Assembly: GCA_030390025.1 (NCBI GenBank)
Contig: CM059431.1
Span: forward strand, 113,896,001 to 113,956,000
Direction of reading: 5' to 3'
Origin: Squalus acanthias
Taxonomy: Eukaryota
DNA length: 60,000 nucleotides
In this document: piece by piece, positions 25,810 through 38,388 of the stretch
Numbering within the stretch: the stretch's first letter is position 1
Layout of the letters: every line of letters starts with the position of its first letter
Notes under the pieces: generated by a model
What the model was told of the DNA's origin: nothing
What the model saw: the letters and a program-made list of their open reading frames with translations, nothing else
Database searches by the model: none
Program-made: the position numbers and the translations under genes

Positions 25810-26400
25810 CAATCTGCCTTGTACCTGAACCGAAAGGGATTCCACTCCCTCAACGTGCATCTGGTGTGTGACCACAGGCAGCACATCATGCAGGTCAATG
25901 CCCGGTATCCTGGCAGCAATAACGATGCGTTTATTCTGTGGCAGTCCTCTGTGCCAGCTGTATTTCAACCACCGCTGCAAACCAAAGGGTGGCTACTGGG
26001 CAACAAGGGTTATCCATTAACGATATGGCTCATGACTCTGGTCCGCAACCCATGCACATGTGCACAGCAGGCATACAACGAGAGCCATGCTGTCACAAGA
26101 AATCTGATAGAGCAGACCACTGACGTCCTGAAGCAACGATTGTGCTGCCTGGCCCACTCTGGAGGAGCCCTGCAGTACTCGGCTGAGCGGGTCTCAAGAT
26201 TTGTCGTGGTATGCTGCATGCTGCACAACGTTGCCATCATGGGGGAGCAGCCCTTGCCACCACCTATCAGGCGAGAAGCTGAGGAGCAGGAGCATGAGGA
26301 GGACGAGGAGGCGGAGGAGAAGGAGGTGGAAGAGGAAGAAAGGAAGGGAGGCTGCAACCTAGACAGCCCCTTTCTGCCCAGGCGCTACATGAACAAATAA
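25810..26400 (+). pseudogene. Harbinger DDE transposase (DDE_Tnp_4/HARBI1-like), C-terminal half only
   Basis: YLNRKGFHSLNV.LVCD...ARYPGS.NDAFIL...WLLGNKGYPL...YNESH..TR..IEQ...LKQR...CCMLHN plus acidic tail. The N-terminal half is deleted and the LLGD aspartate is changed to N. Confidence 0.92.
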
Positions 26401-26589
26401 TTGATGAGCGATACCAGTAACCTCAACCCCAATTCCCCATTCACAATAGTCCCACACTCCTTACCTTTCCTCTGTCACTGACCATCACATCGTCCTCTTG
26501 GCCACAATGCAAAAATAAAAGCCAACACAAAAAACACATTCCAATCCAAATTTATAAATTAAACCATGTCACAGTGCATACAAAAATAA

Positions 26590-28672
26590 AGTAATCACCC
26601 TTGTGCATTCCCTTAGTGCCTCTTCCGTGTGCCTTTGCCTGTCCTAGTGCTCCTACAAATTACTTCCTCAGTGGCTACAGCATGGCTGGTGGAAGGCTGC
26701 TGACTTTCAGGGGAGAGGACTGCAGATGGCCTTGGAGGACAACCTCAAGCAGCTCTAAGCCCAGAAGGCCTGGCTGCAGACTGCACCATCTCAGCCTCGG
26801 CTGCAGCAGTCTGGGCTGGCTGGCTGGCTGACAGGCAACAGCAAAGACACTGGCGGAGTGGCAGTGGTGGGAGCATGAACCCTGTCCTCTGGAGAGAGGA
26901 CAGCAGGTTCATACTCCATGGAGCCGCTGCCACTCTCCTGGGCGGCGCCTCAGCAATCCTAGTAATCTGTTAGAGAGCAGATTGCTAGAGTGCCGAGACG
27001 CCCTGGAAGCCCCTTTCTACAGTGCTCTCTCAGGTGGACGTAATAAATCCTATGGCACTATTTCGAAGAAGAGCAGGGGAAATATCCCCGGTGTCCTGGC
27101 CAATATTTATCCCTCAATCAACATCACTAAAACAGATTATCTGGTCATTATCACATTGCTGTCTGTGGGGGCTTGCTGTGCGCAAATTGGCTGCTGTGTT
27201 TCCTACATTACAACAGTGATTACACTTAACAAATTACTTCATTGGCTGTAAAGCACTTTGGAGAGTCCAGTGGTCATGAAACGCACTGTATAAATGCAAG
27301 TCTTTCTTTCTTTCTGAGACTTCGGCCATCAGACACTGCATTATGGTTGGTTCCACAGATGCGTTGATGCAGGTAGCCACCCGTTCCATGTTGGAAAGGA
27401 TGGGCTCCAAGCTCTGTGCAAAGCCCTGTGCCAAGTTGGTGCCGGACTCCTCCATGCTCCTTGACATTGAACGCAGGCTTTCTGTCAGACTTCCCAGTGC
27501 GCCAAACATTTGGGTGTGTACACCCATCGGCCTTCTTCTGTAGCCTGGCCCATCGAAGTCCTCATCTGAGTCCTCTGCAGCAGAGCTAGTGTGTGACCGC
27601 CCCCTCTGGCAAGTTGGCACCTGCGCTATCCTTTCCCCCTGCCCTGGCAGCAGTGCACTTGTGCCCGACGTCTCACCACATGCAGATCCCTCCTCTATTC
27701 TATCCTCTAAATTACACACAGTGTCAGTATCTGAGCTGGTGGCTGTGACTGTGAAATCGAGTGACGGTGTGTCTTCATCATTACTGTCTTCTTGCTCTTC
27801 CTCCACTGCCTGGGCAGGTTGCAGTTCTTGGGTATCTGAAAGGAAAAAGGGACAAGTGTACGGTTGTGGTTGGGGAGAGGAGAAAGTAAGAAGTGCATGC
27901 TTACACCATCTGCAGCTTGTAAATCAGAGGAGATTGTAGGATGAGGGAGAAGTGGGATGCGAGAAGGAGGATTAGGTATGCGGATACCGTCATCTTCAAT
28001 TGCTTCAGCCCCGCCGGTGGCCATGGCCTCAGCAATGGCCCTTCCCATAATGGCCAGCACCGTCTCCTCCATGGGGGTTAGATAATGCCGGCGTGCCTCT
28101 CCTCCTCCCACTAGTTCCTGCTACCTCCAGTTGTGTGGCACCCTCTCCTGCAAGAGAGAGGGAATTGTGTCAGTGAGTGTCATGAAATCTGTGTGGGTGA
28201 TGTGGCTGTCATGGTTGAATAGCTGCCAGTGTGTGCAAGCTGTGAGATGTGGGTTTGAGGCTTGCAACAGTGCTAAGTATGTGAGGGTGAGTTGAAGCTA
28301 TGGATGTTAGGTATGAGTCCTGATTGATAGAGATTGTTGGTAGGTGAGTGATGAGGGTATAGTGAATTGAGCAATGGATGAGGCTAGTGGTGCAGTTGGT
28401 AGGATATGGCATTTGAAGATGCATTCACTGACCTTGACCACTCATGTGAGATCATTAAACTTCTTCCTGCACTGCATCCATGTTTTTGGAGCTATTCGCC
28501 TGGCCTTGACTTCCTCCACTATCTCTTACCACTGCATTCTGAGCAAATGCTTGGAGGGCCTCCTGTCCCCCTGAGGATAGAGGACAGCTCTCCTCCATTC
28601 CACCTCTGCAACCACGACCTCCAGTGCAGCATCCGAAAGTCTTGGTGCCCGCACTCTCCCATGCTCAGCCAT
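26590..28672 (-). pseudogene. Harbinger Myb/SANT-like DNA-binding protein gene, 3 exons, disrupted
   Basis: Exon 28672-28433 MAEHGRVRAPRLSDAALEVVV...W*EIVEEVKA...TWMQCRKKFNDL; exon 28147-27988 ...GGG...LTPMEETVLAIMG; exon from 27835 in frame with ORF 27234..27806. GT-AG sites present. Stops and a SINE insertion disrupt it; the 3' end is approximate. Confidence 0.85.
27022..27315 (+). mobile_element. L2-tailed SINE 3' half inserted in the Harbinger Myb gene
   Basis: GGCACTATTTCGAAGAAG...TATAAATGCAAGTC(TTTC)n. Confidence 0.87.
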
Positions 28673-29087
28673 TCTTCACTCTTTCCCAGGTCAGAGTCAC
28701 TTGTGGAACGACTCCCAGCAACCTGTTCCAGCCGCAATGCACCTCCCCTTTAAGAGGTGCAGGCCAGCTTTAAGAGGCAGGCTAGCTTTATGTACTGTTC
28801 AGCACTGATGATTTTGGGCCCCCGCTGATGTGTGTAGTCAATGAACAGTGCAGGGAGCATTGGCTGCATGCAACAATCATGATAATGAGCAGGCAGCACA
28901 AAGTTGGCATATTGGCTGCATTACACCGAACGGGCGTGGGTTAATCGGAAATTGCCATCCCTGTGCCCATTTTCAGGGGCTAACCCCGAGAGTTCAAATC
29001 TACCCTACTAAGGGTATTAATTTCAATAAAATTAGAGCTAAGCCTCATAATTTGCCTGGAGCGTCCGAGTAGCACTCCAGATACTCA

Positions 29088-29855
29088 GGCTCTGATATTT
29101 ATGGAACGGCGGGGAGGGAACGGGGCTGCACAGTTGTGTGGGGGAAGCAAGGAAAACCCAGCAGGACCTCATTATAATTTTTTAATTCTCTTTCCCGCCC
29201 AGCAGCTGGCCAGATTGACAGACTGACTGGCTGTCGGGCAGGAAAGCCAGTGGCAGGAGGCCGCAGCCGGGGACCGTTGGGTACGGTTCCTGGCAATCAT
29301 GAAAGATTGCAGGGCAGAAGGGGGTGTCGGACTGGCAATTGAGAGGGAGGGAGGGAGGGGAAGATCATGGGGCAAAATGGGGGATCAGAACGGCAAACGG
29401 GAGGGAGATTTTTGCTGGGAGGGAGGCTCTGGATCATGGGTTTGGAGGGGGCATCGGCAAATCACAGCAGCAAAGCGAGGCCACAATCGGCAGAATATTT
29501 GCTTGAGGGGCTCGGAGGAGCACTCCTGCTCCTCCTGGCTCACAAGGAGTGCTCTAAAAAGCACTTATCTTCTGCAGCCAGCCATGACACTGCCGGGTTT
29601 CCCGAGCCCTGGGAAACGCAACCGGCAGCCGTTTAATTTAAATCAGGCTCCCAACTGCACTGTGGGAGCCCGATTTAAATTAAAGACAGGACACTCGCGC
29701 AGCTCGCTACCCTCCACCGTAAAATTGGCGACAGGCATGTACGCGGTGGGCTGGGGTCGCGTTTCGTGATTTTTAATTTTTAACCACCCACCCCGCCACT
29801 GACCCTCTCCCGCCCATCACGAGGGGGGGGGGGTGGTGGGGTTAATATCGACCCC
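29088..29855. mobile_element. Harbinger-type MITE
   Basis: Ends GGCTCTGATATT / AATATCGACCCC, TCA TSD, internal palindromes at 29514-29535 and 29632-29684. Confidence 0.75.
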
Positions 29856-30641
29856 TCAGTGTTTGTCTGAAATGGGCACTACAAGAGAAGTCTGAAATGT
29901 TACCTTAAGGGTGTCCTTCTTCTCTAAACAGGGTCAATCTACATTGCATGACCCTCAACTCCAGAGCCTCCAAAGCCCAATCTGTTCATCAGGCTGACAT
30001 TCGCACATTGATTTTCGTAAAAAGAAAACACATTTTTGGGAGAAGCCTGTGGCCCTTTGATAGCTGCTGTTGCATAACAGCCCACCACAGCAACCTCAGT
30101 GGTCTCCCGGCACCTTATCCAATATATGCTGGGAGCGCTGTTTAAATATTTAAATTAGATGACTTTCCAATGGCAATATTGCTGATACTAGGAATTCAGC
30201 AAATGTGGATCATAAACAAGGCAACTGAATTGTGATTTTCACAGAAAAATGGATGGAAGCACAGAATTCGATCCTCAAAACACCAGTAAATATGCCAGAA
30301 AATTCCATAATCCACTGTAATGTAAATAAAATTTTACTTATTCCATAACCACAACCAATGGACCTAATCATAAACAGATGGAACTTGCGGAATATGATCC
30401 CCAAAACGTCGGTAAAAATCCTGGCGTTCTTATGTTATTCAAACAGAATTTGACTTATTTGACATTGCTAAACAGCGGTGTTGATCACAAGTCGATTCCC
30501 ATGCTCTAACATGCAACAGGTTGGTGCTGTAACTTGCTGGACCAGCCCACCACTCTGGGAGCTTGTGTTTGTGCTGTACAAAGGGGATGGGTTTGTTCAA
30601 TAAAGGAAGTGGTAAGTCAGTACACTTAACACTGAGAGTCG

Positions 30642-31219
30642 GGGTTAGATGTTAAGTATCGGATGGCCGATTGGTGGAGCGTGCCAGCTGGATAGTACTG
30701 GCAGGCGTCCAGGTCCATTTTAAGGCTAGGCCTCATTAACATATATGAGGCAGGCTGCGGGTTCTAATCAGGCATCCCGATGCATCTGGCTAGCTCTGGT
30801 CTGGTGCTATATTAGGCTGCTCGGAGGCCAAACTGGCCAAGAAAAAGGTAAATCCAGGGGAGATGTTGTACTCACTAAGGTGGGGAGCCCAGGACTGGAT
30901 AGGCCCACTTCTGCTCTTTCTGGCCCCAAAAAATAATTCAAGCATTTATCATTTCGGGCCTCTTCTGTTCTGCTGGGTTTTACGGAGCGGAGTGTCCATG
31001 GTGCACTCTCCGTCCAGTAGGCAGTTAAAATGGCATTGGGGTCCTATGTAAGTCATCTGATCCTGAATTGCATAGATTAATGAGGCCCGACATTATATTC
31101 AGGTGGGTACCTTAGCCACCCAGCAGTAGATATAAACTGGTGACAGAGCAGGAACGGTAAGTCTACCAACACCGTATTAATTTTGCTTTCCACCAGGCAA
31201 GGGCCTTAAAATCTAACCC
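30642..31219. mobile_element. Harbinger-type MITE (older)
   Basis: TIRs GGGTTAGATGTTAAG / CTTAAAATCTAACCC; flanks TCG/TTG. Confidence 0.72.
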
Positions 31220-31229
31220 TTGATGTTAA

Positions 31230-31880
31230 AGCAATACAATGGATAAAAAAAATGTTAGCAACCTCTGGGTCATTAGGGGTGGCAACCAACAAGGTATCTC
31301 CTTAACCAATCAGATTGAAGGATTGTGAAATTGCCAGCTCAAGGACTAAGATGGAAGTGTAAATTAGAGTGGGTGAATTCAATGTCAAATCAGGTACAGA
31401 AAGAGAAATAAAGAGAGGGAAAGAAAGATTGGATTAAGAGAGAGAGAGAGAAAAGAGACAGGAAGGAAAAGCAATTTTTTTTTAAATTTTACATTTTTTA
31501 ATCTCCAACAACAATTAAAACATGAAGGAATGAGACGCCACACTTGAAATAGTTAATTTTCAGTGCCAGAGAGACTGGCAGTAATTCACACTTATCACAT
31601 TGTTAAAAGGGTGCATAGACTGATATGAACAAGACTTAACTTTCTGTGGTGAGTTTACTTCGTATCTACCGTGCAAATATAGCAACTTCACACTGTTCAA
31701 TGCATTTCAATGGCGAGCCAGACAGCGAGATGCTTTTTTTGGAAAGCTAACAGCGGAGCGGCACAACTCAGACAGCAACTTTTAGATTTCCGCATTTAAC
31801 CACGTATCTGCCCTCGTCTGAAGTTGCGGTAGCATTTGTAGCGCTATTAGCCTCGCCATTATTTTAGCAGAAAATTATGA
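31230..31880. repeat. Probable unclassified interspersed repeat with an internal GA-rich tract
   Basis: The composition shift and MITE-like 3' part resemble recalled shark repeats; ends not defined. Confidence 0.35.
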
Positions 31881-31904
31881 GTCATTAAAATGTATAGAAC
31901 AGAA

Positions 31905-32103
31905 TATATTCTCTACCCCCAAAAGGCTGTGGGTGCTGAGACAATTGGAGCTTTCAAGACTGAGATCGATAGTTCTTTGTTAGGTAGGGTATCAAGGGAT
32001 ATGGAGCTGAGTGGGGTAAATGGAGTTGAGGTACAGATCAGCCAACTGAATGACAGAGCAGGCTCGAGGGGCTGAATGGACTACTCCTGTTCCTATGTTC
32101 CTA
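31905..32103 (+). mobile_element. CR1 3' end
   Basis: PQKAVGAETIGAFKTEID plus GGCTCGAGGGGCTGAATGG...(CCTATGTT)n tail. Confidence 0.88.
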
Positions 32104-33467
32104 TATATTAGTTAGAATAAGAGTGCAATTGAAGTTAAACTTTAAACAACAGTTGGGCCAGGGAGACATGAATTGCCTTGGAACTGCCAGTTGTGTGAGA
32201 GTTAAAACTTTAATTATCAAAAAATTATATTCACCTTTTGCCCTTCAATCCTGACTTTTGCACCGACAAGTAAGCAAACAATGCGTGGTGTCAGATACTC
32301 ATTTTGATCTGCTAATAAAAGGCAAGTTAGTAACCCCAGACCATGGTCTAGACAAGGACAAGTTGACCATGTCAGCAGAAAGTATATTCATTTTATCTGT
32401 ATTGATGTTTAGTATTGATTAGTTGCTACAAACCTACTATATTTAAATTATAGCTCAAAATAGTTGAAGTGCTTTTATCCAGACAGCTTTTTGAGCATCA
32501 CAGTATTATTTCTCCACCAAAATTAACAGAATAAAAATATAGGTCGCCACACAGAGACAAATCAATTTTATCTTTCATTCTGAGCACATTGTTAGTCAAG
32601 GCTAGGTTTATAATTCAGTGCTTCTCTCAAATTCTGCTGCATATATTTAACATTCAAATGCACAAGAAATGTGAGAAAATCAAATACATTTCTTTTAAAA
32701 TCTGTGGTGATTATTCCATGCCGAAGGGATCGAGCTCTTTTCACGTTTTGGTTGTAAGTTCCGTTGTCATCGGTGACTGATGCTGAATTGTGTCATTGAG
32801 ATGAGGGATAACATTGGATTGGGAAATCACACTCACTTACATTTGGCTGGTTGAGATGGGTTGGGTTTGGCATCTTGGTACATAAAGCCTCATTGCTCTA
32901 CTCCACAAAAAATTCTGAGCCTTTATTTCAAATGCGCAGCAAGCCCCTTTTTCCCCATTGTGTTTTTGAATTTGACAGGAATTGTAGCAGTTCAAATCTG
33001 ATATTGAGTTTCAGGGATTGGAGTCAGTTTGTGTTGAACTGAACTGGAAATACATTTATCCCTGTGTATCTGCATCCTGCATTTTATTGGCTTTTTAGCT
33101 AGACTGCGAACTAAACCAGGTGAAGCATCCTCTCTTAGCAAAGAAAATTGATACTTAGTCCGTATTACCTTACACATCCTGTAGTTTGAACCATGGGTGA
33201 TGCCAAGGTTCTTGCTGGGATTGTAAATGTTAAGTCTAAGGGCTGGATTCTTGAATCCTTATTGTTACTAAATTTAGTGAGGAGGTAACGATGACTTTAC
33301 TGATCTTGTGGAGAGGCCTTTTGCAATACTTACTCAAAACAATTAGCAGCATTGCATGCTGACTGTCGAACGTTAAATCTTTCCCTCGCACACTATCCTT
33401 ATTGCTGCATTCTTTTAACCAACGGAATTGGCATTAATGGATAATCTTTCCTGTAAGATTTGGAGGC

Positions 33468-33789
33468 ATAGGAACATAGGAACAGGAGTAGGCCATTCAG
33501 CCCCTCGAGCCTGTTCCGCTATTCAATGAGATCGTGGCTGATCTGCGACCTAACTCCATATACCCGCCTTTGGCCCATATCCCTTAATACCTTTGGTTAA
33601 CAAAAAGTTATCAATCTCTGATTTAAAATTAACAATTGATCTAGCACCAATTTGCGGAAGAGAATTCCAAACTTCTACCACCCTTTGTGTGTAGAAGTGT
33701 TTCCTAATTTCACTCCTGAAAGGTCTGGCTCTAATTTTAGAATATTCCCCTTAGTCCGAGAATCCCCAACCAGCAGAAATAGTTTCTCA
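33468..33789 (-). mobile_element. CR1 3' fragment
   Basis: (CATAGGAA)n tail plus GAGTAGGCCATTCAGCCCCTCGAGCC and the ORF2 end. Confidence 0.88.
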
Positions 33790-34273
33790 GCAGCACCTTT
33801 ACCAAGATATACAAGAAGTAAGTGTGTACGTGAATGATAGTTTGTCACGGAGTATGAGAAGAAGAGATGTAATGTAAATACATTACAGGGTAGCTTTTCT
33901 TATTAAATATAATATTGCTATACCTCACTATGGCTAACTGATGGAATTAACAGAGCAGTTCTTCCCATCAATATATCAAGATTTCAGCTCCTCTACTGTC
34001 AAATCATGAACTGTTTATTATGTTAAGAAAATTTCCTACAGTTTGGTTCATAATAATGAAGTTCCATTGTTTTCACCCTTTGAAGTGCACAGTCAATGGT
34101 ACCTAAGGGAAGATTACCTCTATATTGTGCATTCTTTATCAATACACTTTATGATTTTTCCTACAACTAGCACACAAAGATCATTTCCCTGCAAAGTGCA
34201 TTGTTCCATTTTTTTTTCAACATCCAATTTTTCCTATTATATTCTTCTGTCACCTACCCCTCCTGAAGGCAAA

Positions 34274-34871
34274 GGGGTAGGTGACAGAACATTTGTATGT
34301 GTCGCGCCCGAATTATGGGTGCAAAACCCGGGTAAGGGGGATGAATTTCGGGCTTGATATTTCCTGGAAGTGCGACGGCTGCCAAATGGGAAGCCAGTGA
34401 CTTCCGTGTATTCAGTGTGCGTACCTAAGATAGGCGTTAGGCCCCTTGTATATGCCAATCAGGAACCTGCTTTACGACCCCACCCCGAAATTTGGCAGGA
34501 ACTAAGTGGAGCATGGGCCACACACGCTCCGTTCCGTTTTTCCGAATCTTCTGCGGCCTAACCTGCGGTTTTTAAAGGGACTGCTGGAAGTGGCCAACAT
34601 AAAGGTAAGTTTACTGGATTTAATGCTCCTCCTGGCTCCACAGCGATACTGTGGACCGTTGCCAGTCCGCACTCCCCGCCCCCACCACCACCCCCGCCAG
34701 GATGTAACTGAGGGCCGCTGGCGGCATCGCAGCTGGCCCGAATTGGTCTGCCCCAAACCAGCCATCTGCATCATGATGCCAATTTTGGATGAGCCTCCGT
34801 CCTCCATCTTTGGTTTTTAACACGTCGCGAATTTCGCTCCAGTTTCTCGCTAAAACAACAATTTCTCCCCC
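34274..34871. mobile_element. Harbinger-type MITE with rearranged left end
   Basis: Right TIR CAATTTCTCCCCC, left GGGGTAG, AAA flanks, and shared internal motifs. Confidence 0.68.
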
Positions 34872-35580
34872 AAAGTCTAATGTTGAGTGCAGTGGTAGTG
34901 CTCCCCAGTACTTTGAGCCAATGGCAAATCTTCCTGTGTGAGCCTGGATTGCTCCAACTAAGAGTCAACACAGGCACAACGAACCAAATAGCCTCTTTCT
35001 GTGCTGTTAACTTCTATGGTTCAATGTTTTTTAAAATTATATAGATATTATTCAGGATCCAATTAATGGATATTAAAATGGGTCTCAAAAACTCAGTTGC
35101 CCTTAAAGTTGAAAGCCTCGCCACCTAAATCCAACCATAAGAAAAATCACTTATGGAATATTATGCTTTCAGATCATTCTATATGGCACATAATCTCAGT
35201 GTCCTCTCATAAATTAACACTCCAGAACAATTGCTCTGTTTCTAAAGATGCTGTGCCCACTAGTTCCCTTCAGTTACAGTGCAAGGAATTGGCATTGCAA
35301 GGTTCACATGAGGACAATTTGTAAAACAAAAGTCTGCACATTGCAAGGTCTTCTAGAGAATACATATAATTCTTCAAGATTTAGCAAAAGACTTTTTTTT
35401 ATTGAGAAAAGTAGATGGAAGCAATAGGAGATGACACCATCAAGTTTGAACAAAGTAGGAGAGAGGATGATACAAGCTTGGATTTTAAAAGCCTGTCGAT
35501 TATAAGAGGATGAAAAGAATGAGGGAAATAAGTCGTTCCACAGATTTGAGGTCCTGGGAAAGAACTAGTTAGATTGAGAC

Positions 35581-35788
35581 AAAAGCAAAATACTGTGGAT
35601 GCTGGAAATCTGAAATAAAAACAAAAAATGCTGGAAATACTCAGCAGGTCAGGCAGCATCTGTGGAGAGAGAAACAGAGTTAACGGTTCAGGTCATCAGA
35701 ATCCTCATTGACCTGAAACGTTAACTCTGTTTCTCGCCACAGATGCTGCCTGACCTGCTGCATGTTCCCAGCATTTTCTGTTCTTATT
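35581..35788. mobile_element. Penelope family-2 3'-end fold-back mini-insertion
   Basis: Inverted arms at 35614-35695 and 35709-35788 match the 3' end of 44455-47045. Degenerate TSD TAGTTAGATT / TAGTTAAATT. Confidence 0.85.
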
Positions 35789-37390
35789 ATAGTTAAATTA
35801 GGAGATACTTTTGATTTAAACACAGAAGATGCGGGGGAGGAAAAGGCTGTAGGGTAGCCCATGGGTGTTTCGGAAGAACAGGAGAGGGAAGTTAAATTGT
35901 AGTGTCATTAAAATACAGCAAGATAAGACAAATTCTAACTGAGTGAGAGATTGGAGGCTAGAGATGAGACTGCACTAGATATTTTACATTTAAACCACAT
36001 TATCAGCTTGTTCAGTATTGCAGCCTTCAGGGTTCCACGCTTTAATCCCATTGTCCTTCTATTCATTCTTTTCCTTGTTCGTTTCTCCTATAACTAAATT
36101 CTAACATTTTTTAAGTTAAAATGCAAACTAACATTTAGGAAAATTATCTTTTTTTTAAAGGTAATGCGTCGTGGGATAATAGGCTTAAAACTTTATTTAA
36201 CAAAGAAAATAAAAATGATTATCTTCTTATCTGGACAAGACAATGAAATGTTTTCTCATTCATTCATTATATCCAGTATGCTGCCTCTCCCAGTCTTATC
36301 AAATTGGTTTTTCTTGTAATTACTGATGAAATATTTGATCTTCATGATGAATACATGATTAGTTTTCATGAAATCAGTCAACCAGAATGCTTGGCACCAC
36401 TCATGTGAAGCACCGTTGATTTAACTGTTAGGGAGCATACACTCATCTTCACTACGGCAACTGGATACTGGTCTATGGGGAAAAGGGAGGTGAATAAAGG
36501 GCATCTTTATGGGTAATGATATTGCGCCAACAGATATTTTAGGTTTCACTAATTCAGTATTGCATTATGTTCCTTTGTTCTTATTTTCACCATTCCTGTT
36601 AAGGAACCTATACCTCCTGGATCAGACTGACATTCTAAATGCAGTTTTTAAGTTCTGAAAGAATTTCATTGTCACTATTCTTACGTGGAGGCCCATGAGG
36701 AACTGTGTTCAGAAGATGCAGGAGTTGTAGGTTTGTGGCCTGAAGCAGATGAGATCTTTTGGGAAGTGATATTTTTGGTACTGCTGCCAAGCTTTGATGC
36801 ATTAAAAATGTTGCATTTCTCTTTTGAGTGCTTTTATGCCCCACCTTCTCCAAATATTCCTAACACTTTCAAATGGGTAATTCTATCAGCTACAGCTTGG
36901 GTAAAACTGATTGGACATGACATGGAGAATGAACTTGGGCCATTATTGTTTCGTCATTGAGGGAAAAAAATGTTGTCTTCTACATTTTTAAATGGGGCTT
37001 TTAGTGCATTTAGACTCAGCTTTGAAAGTGATGGAAGATCACTTGGAAGAAAATAAGGAAAAAGTGGAAGCAATGGTATAAGCCTGTCACAACGACCCAT
37101 TATCCCTACTGTAGAAAACATGCTCTGTTGTTTGACAACTATGTGCCAATTCCATTCTCAGTACACTTTATCCAAGTACTGAATCACTCAGACTACCACA
37201 GGTTACTTTTAACATGTACCAAGCTTTTTTTCTTTCATTCATGTTATAGAAGACTTGCTCTTCTTCCATTACATTTTGATAAACTCTGCTTAGATATTCT
37301 CCAGCTCTTCAGCACGAACTAGGGGAAATCTAAGTGACCGGATCGAGCGTTCTCAAAGATGCACAAGCTTCATTCAACCACCAAAATTCT

Positions 37391-38388
37391 ACAACAACAA
37401 AAACAACTTGTATTTATATAGCACCTTTAACGTAGTAAAAAGTCCCAAGTCGCTTCACAGGAGTTTTATAAAACAAAACAATTTGACACCGAGCCACATA
37501 AGGAGAAATTAGGGCAGATGATTGAAAGCTTGGTCAAAGAGGTAGGTTTTAAGGAGCGTCTTAAAGGAGGAAAGAGTGGTAGAGAGGCGGAGAGGTTTAA
37601 GGAGGCAATTCCAGAGCATAGGGCCTAGGCAGCTGAAGGCACGGCCACCAATGGTTGAGCGATTATAATCAGGGATGCACAAGAGGGCAGAATTAGAGGA
37701 GCGCAGATATCTCAGGGGATTGTGGGGCCAGAGGAGATTACAGAGATAGGGAGGGGCGAGGTCATGGAGGCATTTGAAAACAAGGATGAGAATTTTGAAA
37801 TCGAGGCGCTGCTTAACCGGGAACCAATGTAGGTCAGCGAGCACAGGAGTGATGGGCGAACGGGACTTGGTGCGAGTTAGGACACAGGCAGCCGAGTTTT
37901 GGATGACCTCAAGTTTACGTAGGGTAGAATGTGGGAGACCAGCCAGGAGCGCATTGGAATAGTCAAGTCTAGAGGTAACAAAGGCATGGATGAGAGTTTC
38001 AGCAGCGGATGAACTGAGGCAGGGGCAGAGACGGGCAATGTTACGGAGGTGGAAATAGGAGGTCTTAGTTATGGTGCGGATATGTGGTCGGAAGCTCATT
38101 TCAGGGTCAATATGACACCAAGGTTGCGAACAGTCTGGTTCAGCCTCAGACAGATGTGAGGGAGAGGGATGCAGTCAGTGGCTAAGGAACGGAGTCTGTG
38201 GCCGAGACCTGAAAACAATGGCTTCGGTCTTCCCAATATTTAATTGGAGAAAATTTCTGCTCATCCAGTACTGGATGTCGGACAAGCAGTCTGACAGTTT
38301 AGAGACCGTGGAGGGGTCGAGAGAAGTGATGGTGAGGTAAAGCTGGGTGTCGTCAGCGTACATGTGGAAACTGAGGCTGTATTTTTGG
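37391..38388 (-). mobile_element. L2 LINE 3' fragment (YADD to tail)
   Basis: MYADDTQLY...FLQLNIGKTE; 196-aa C-terminal ORF; (CAA)n tail. Confidence 0.95.

Larger units (their letters stand above)
25388..29006. mobile_element. Decayed PIF/Harbinger DNA transposon with convergent transposase and Myb/SANT genes
   Basis: TIRs GGGCCGATTTTAACTC / GAGTTCAAATCTACCC, probable ACT TSD, and both Harbinger gene types inside. Confidence 0.88.

Noticed and set aside
25747..26400. Domesticated HARBI1 gene
   Set aside because: It lies within TIRs beside a Myb pseudogene, lacks the N-terminal half, and has a catalytic D-to-N change.
36676..37050. Minus-strand Ser/Thr-rich coding exon with acceptor- and donor-like ends
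   Set aside because: The frames examined contain stops and no recognisable domain.
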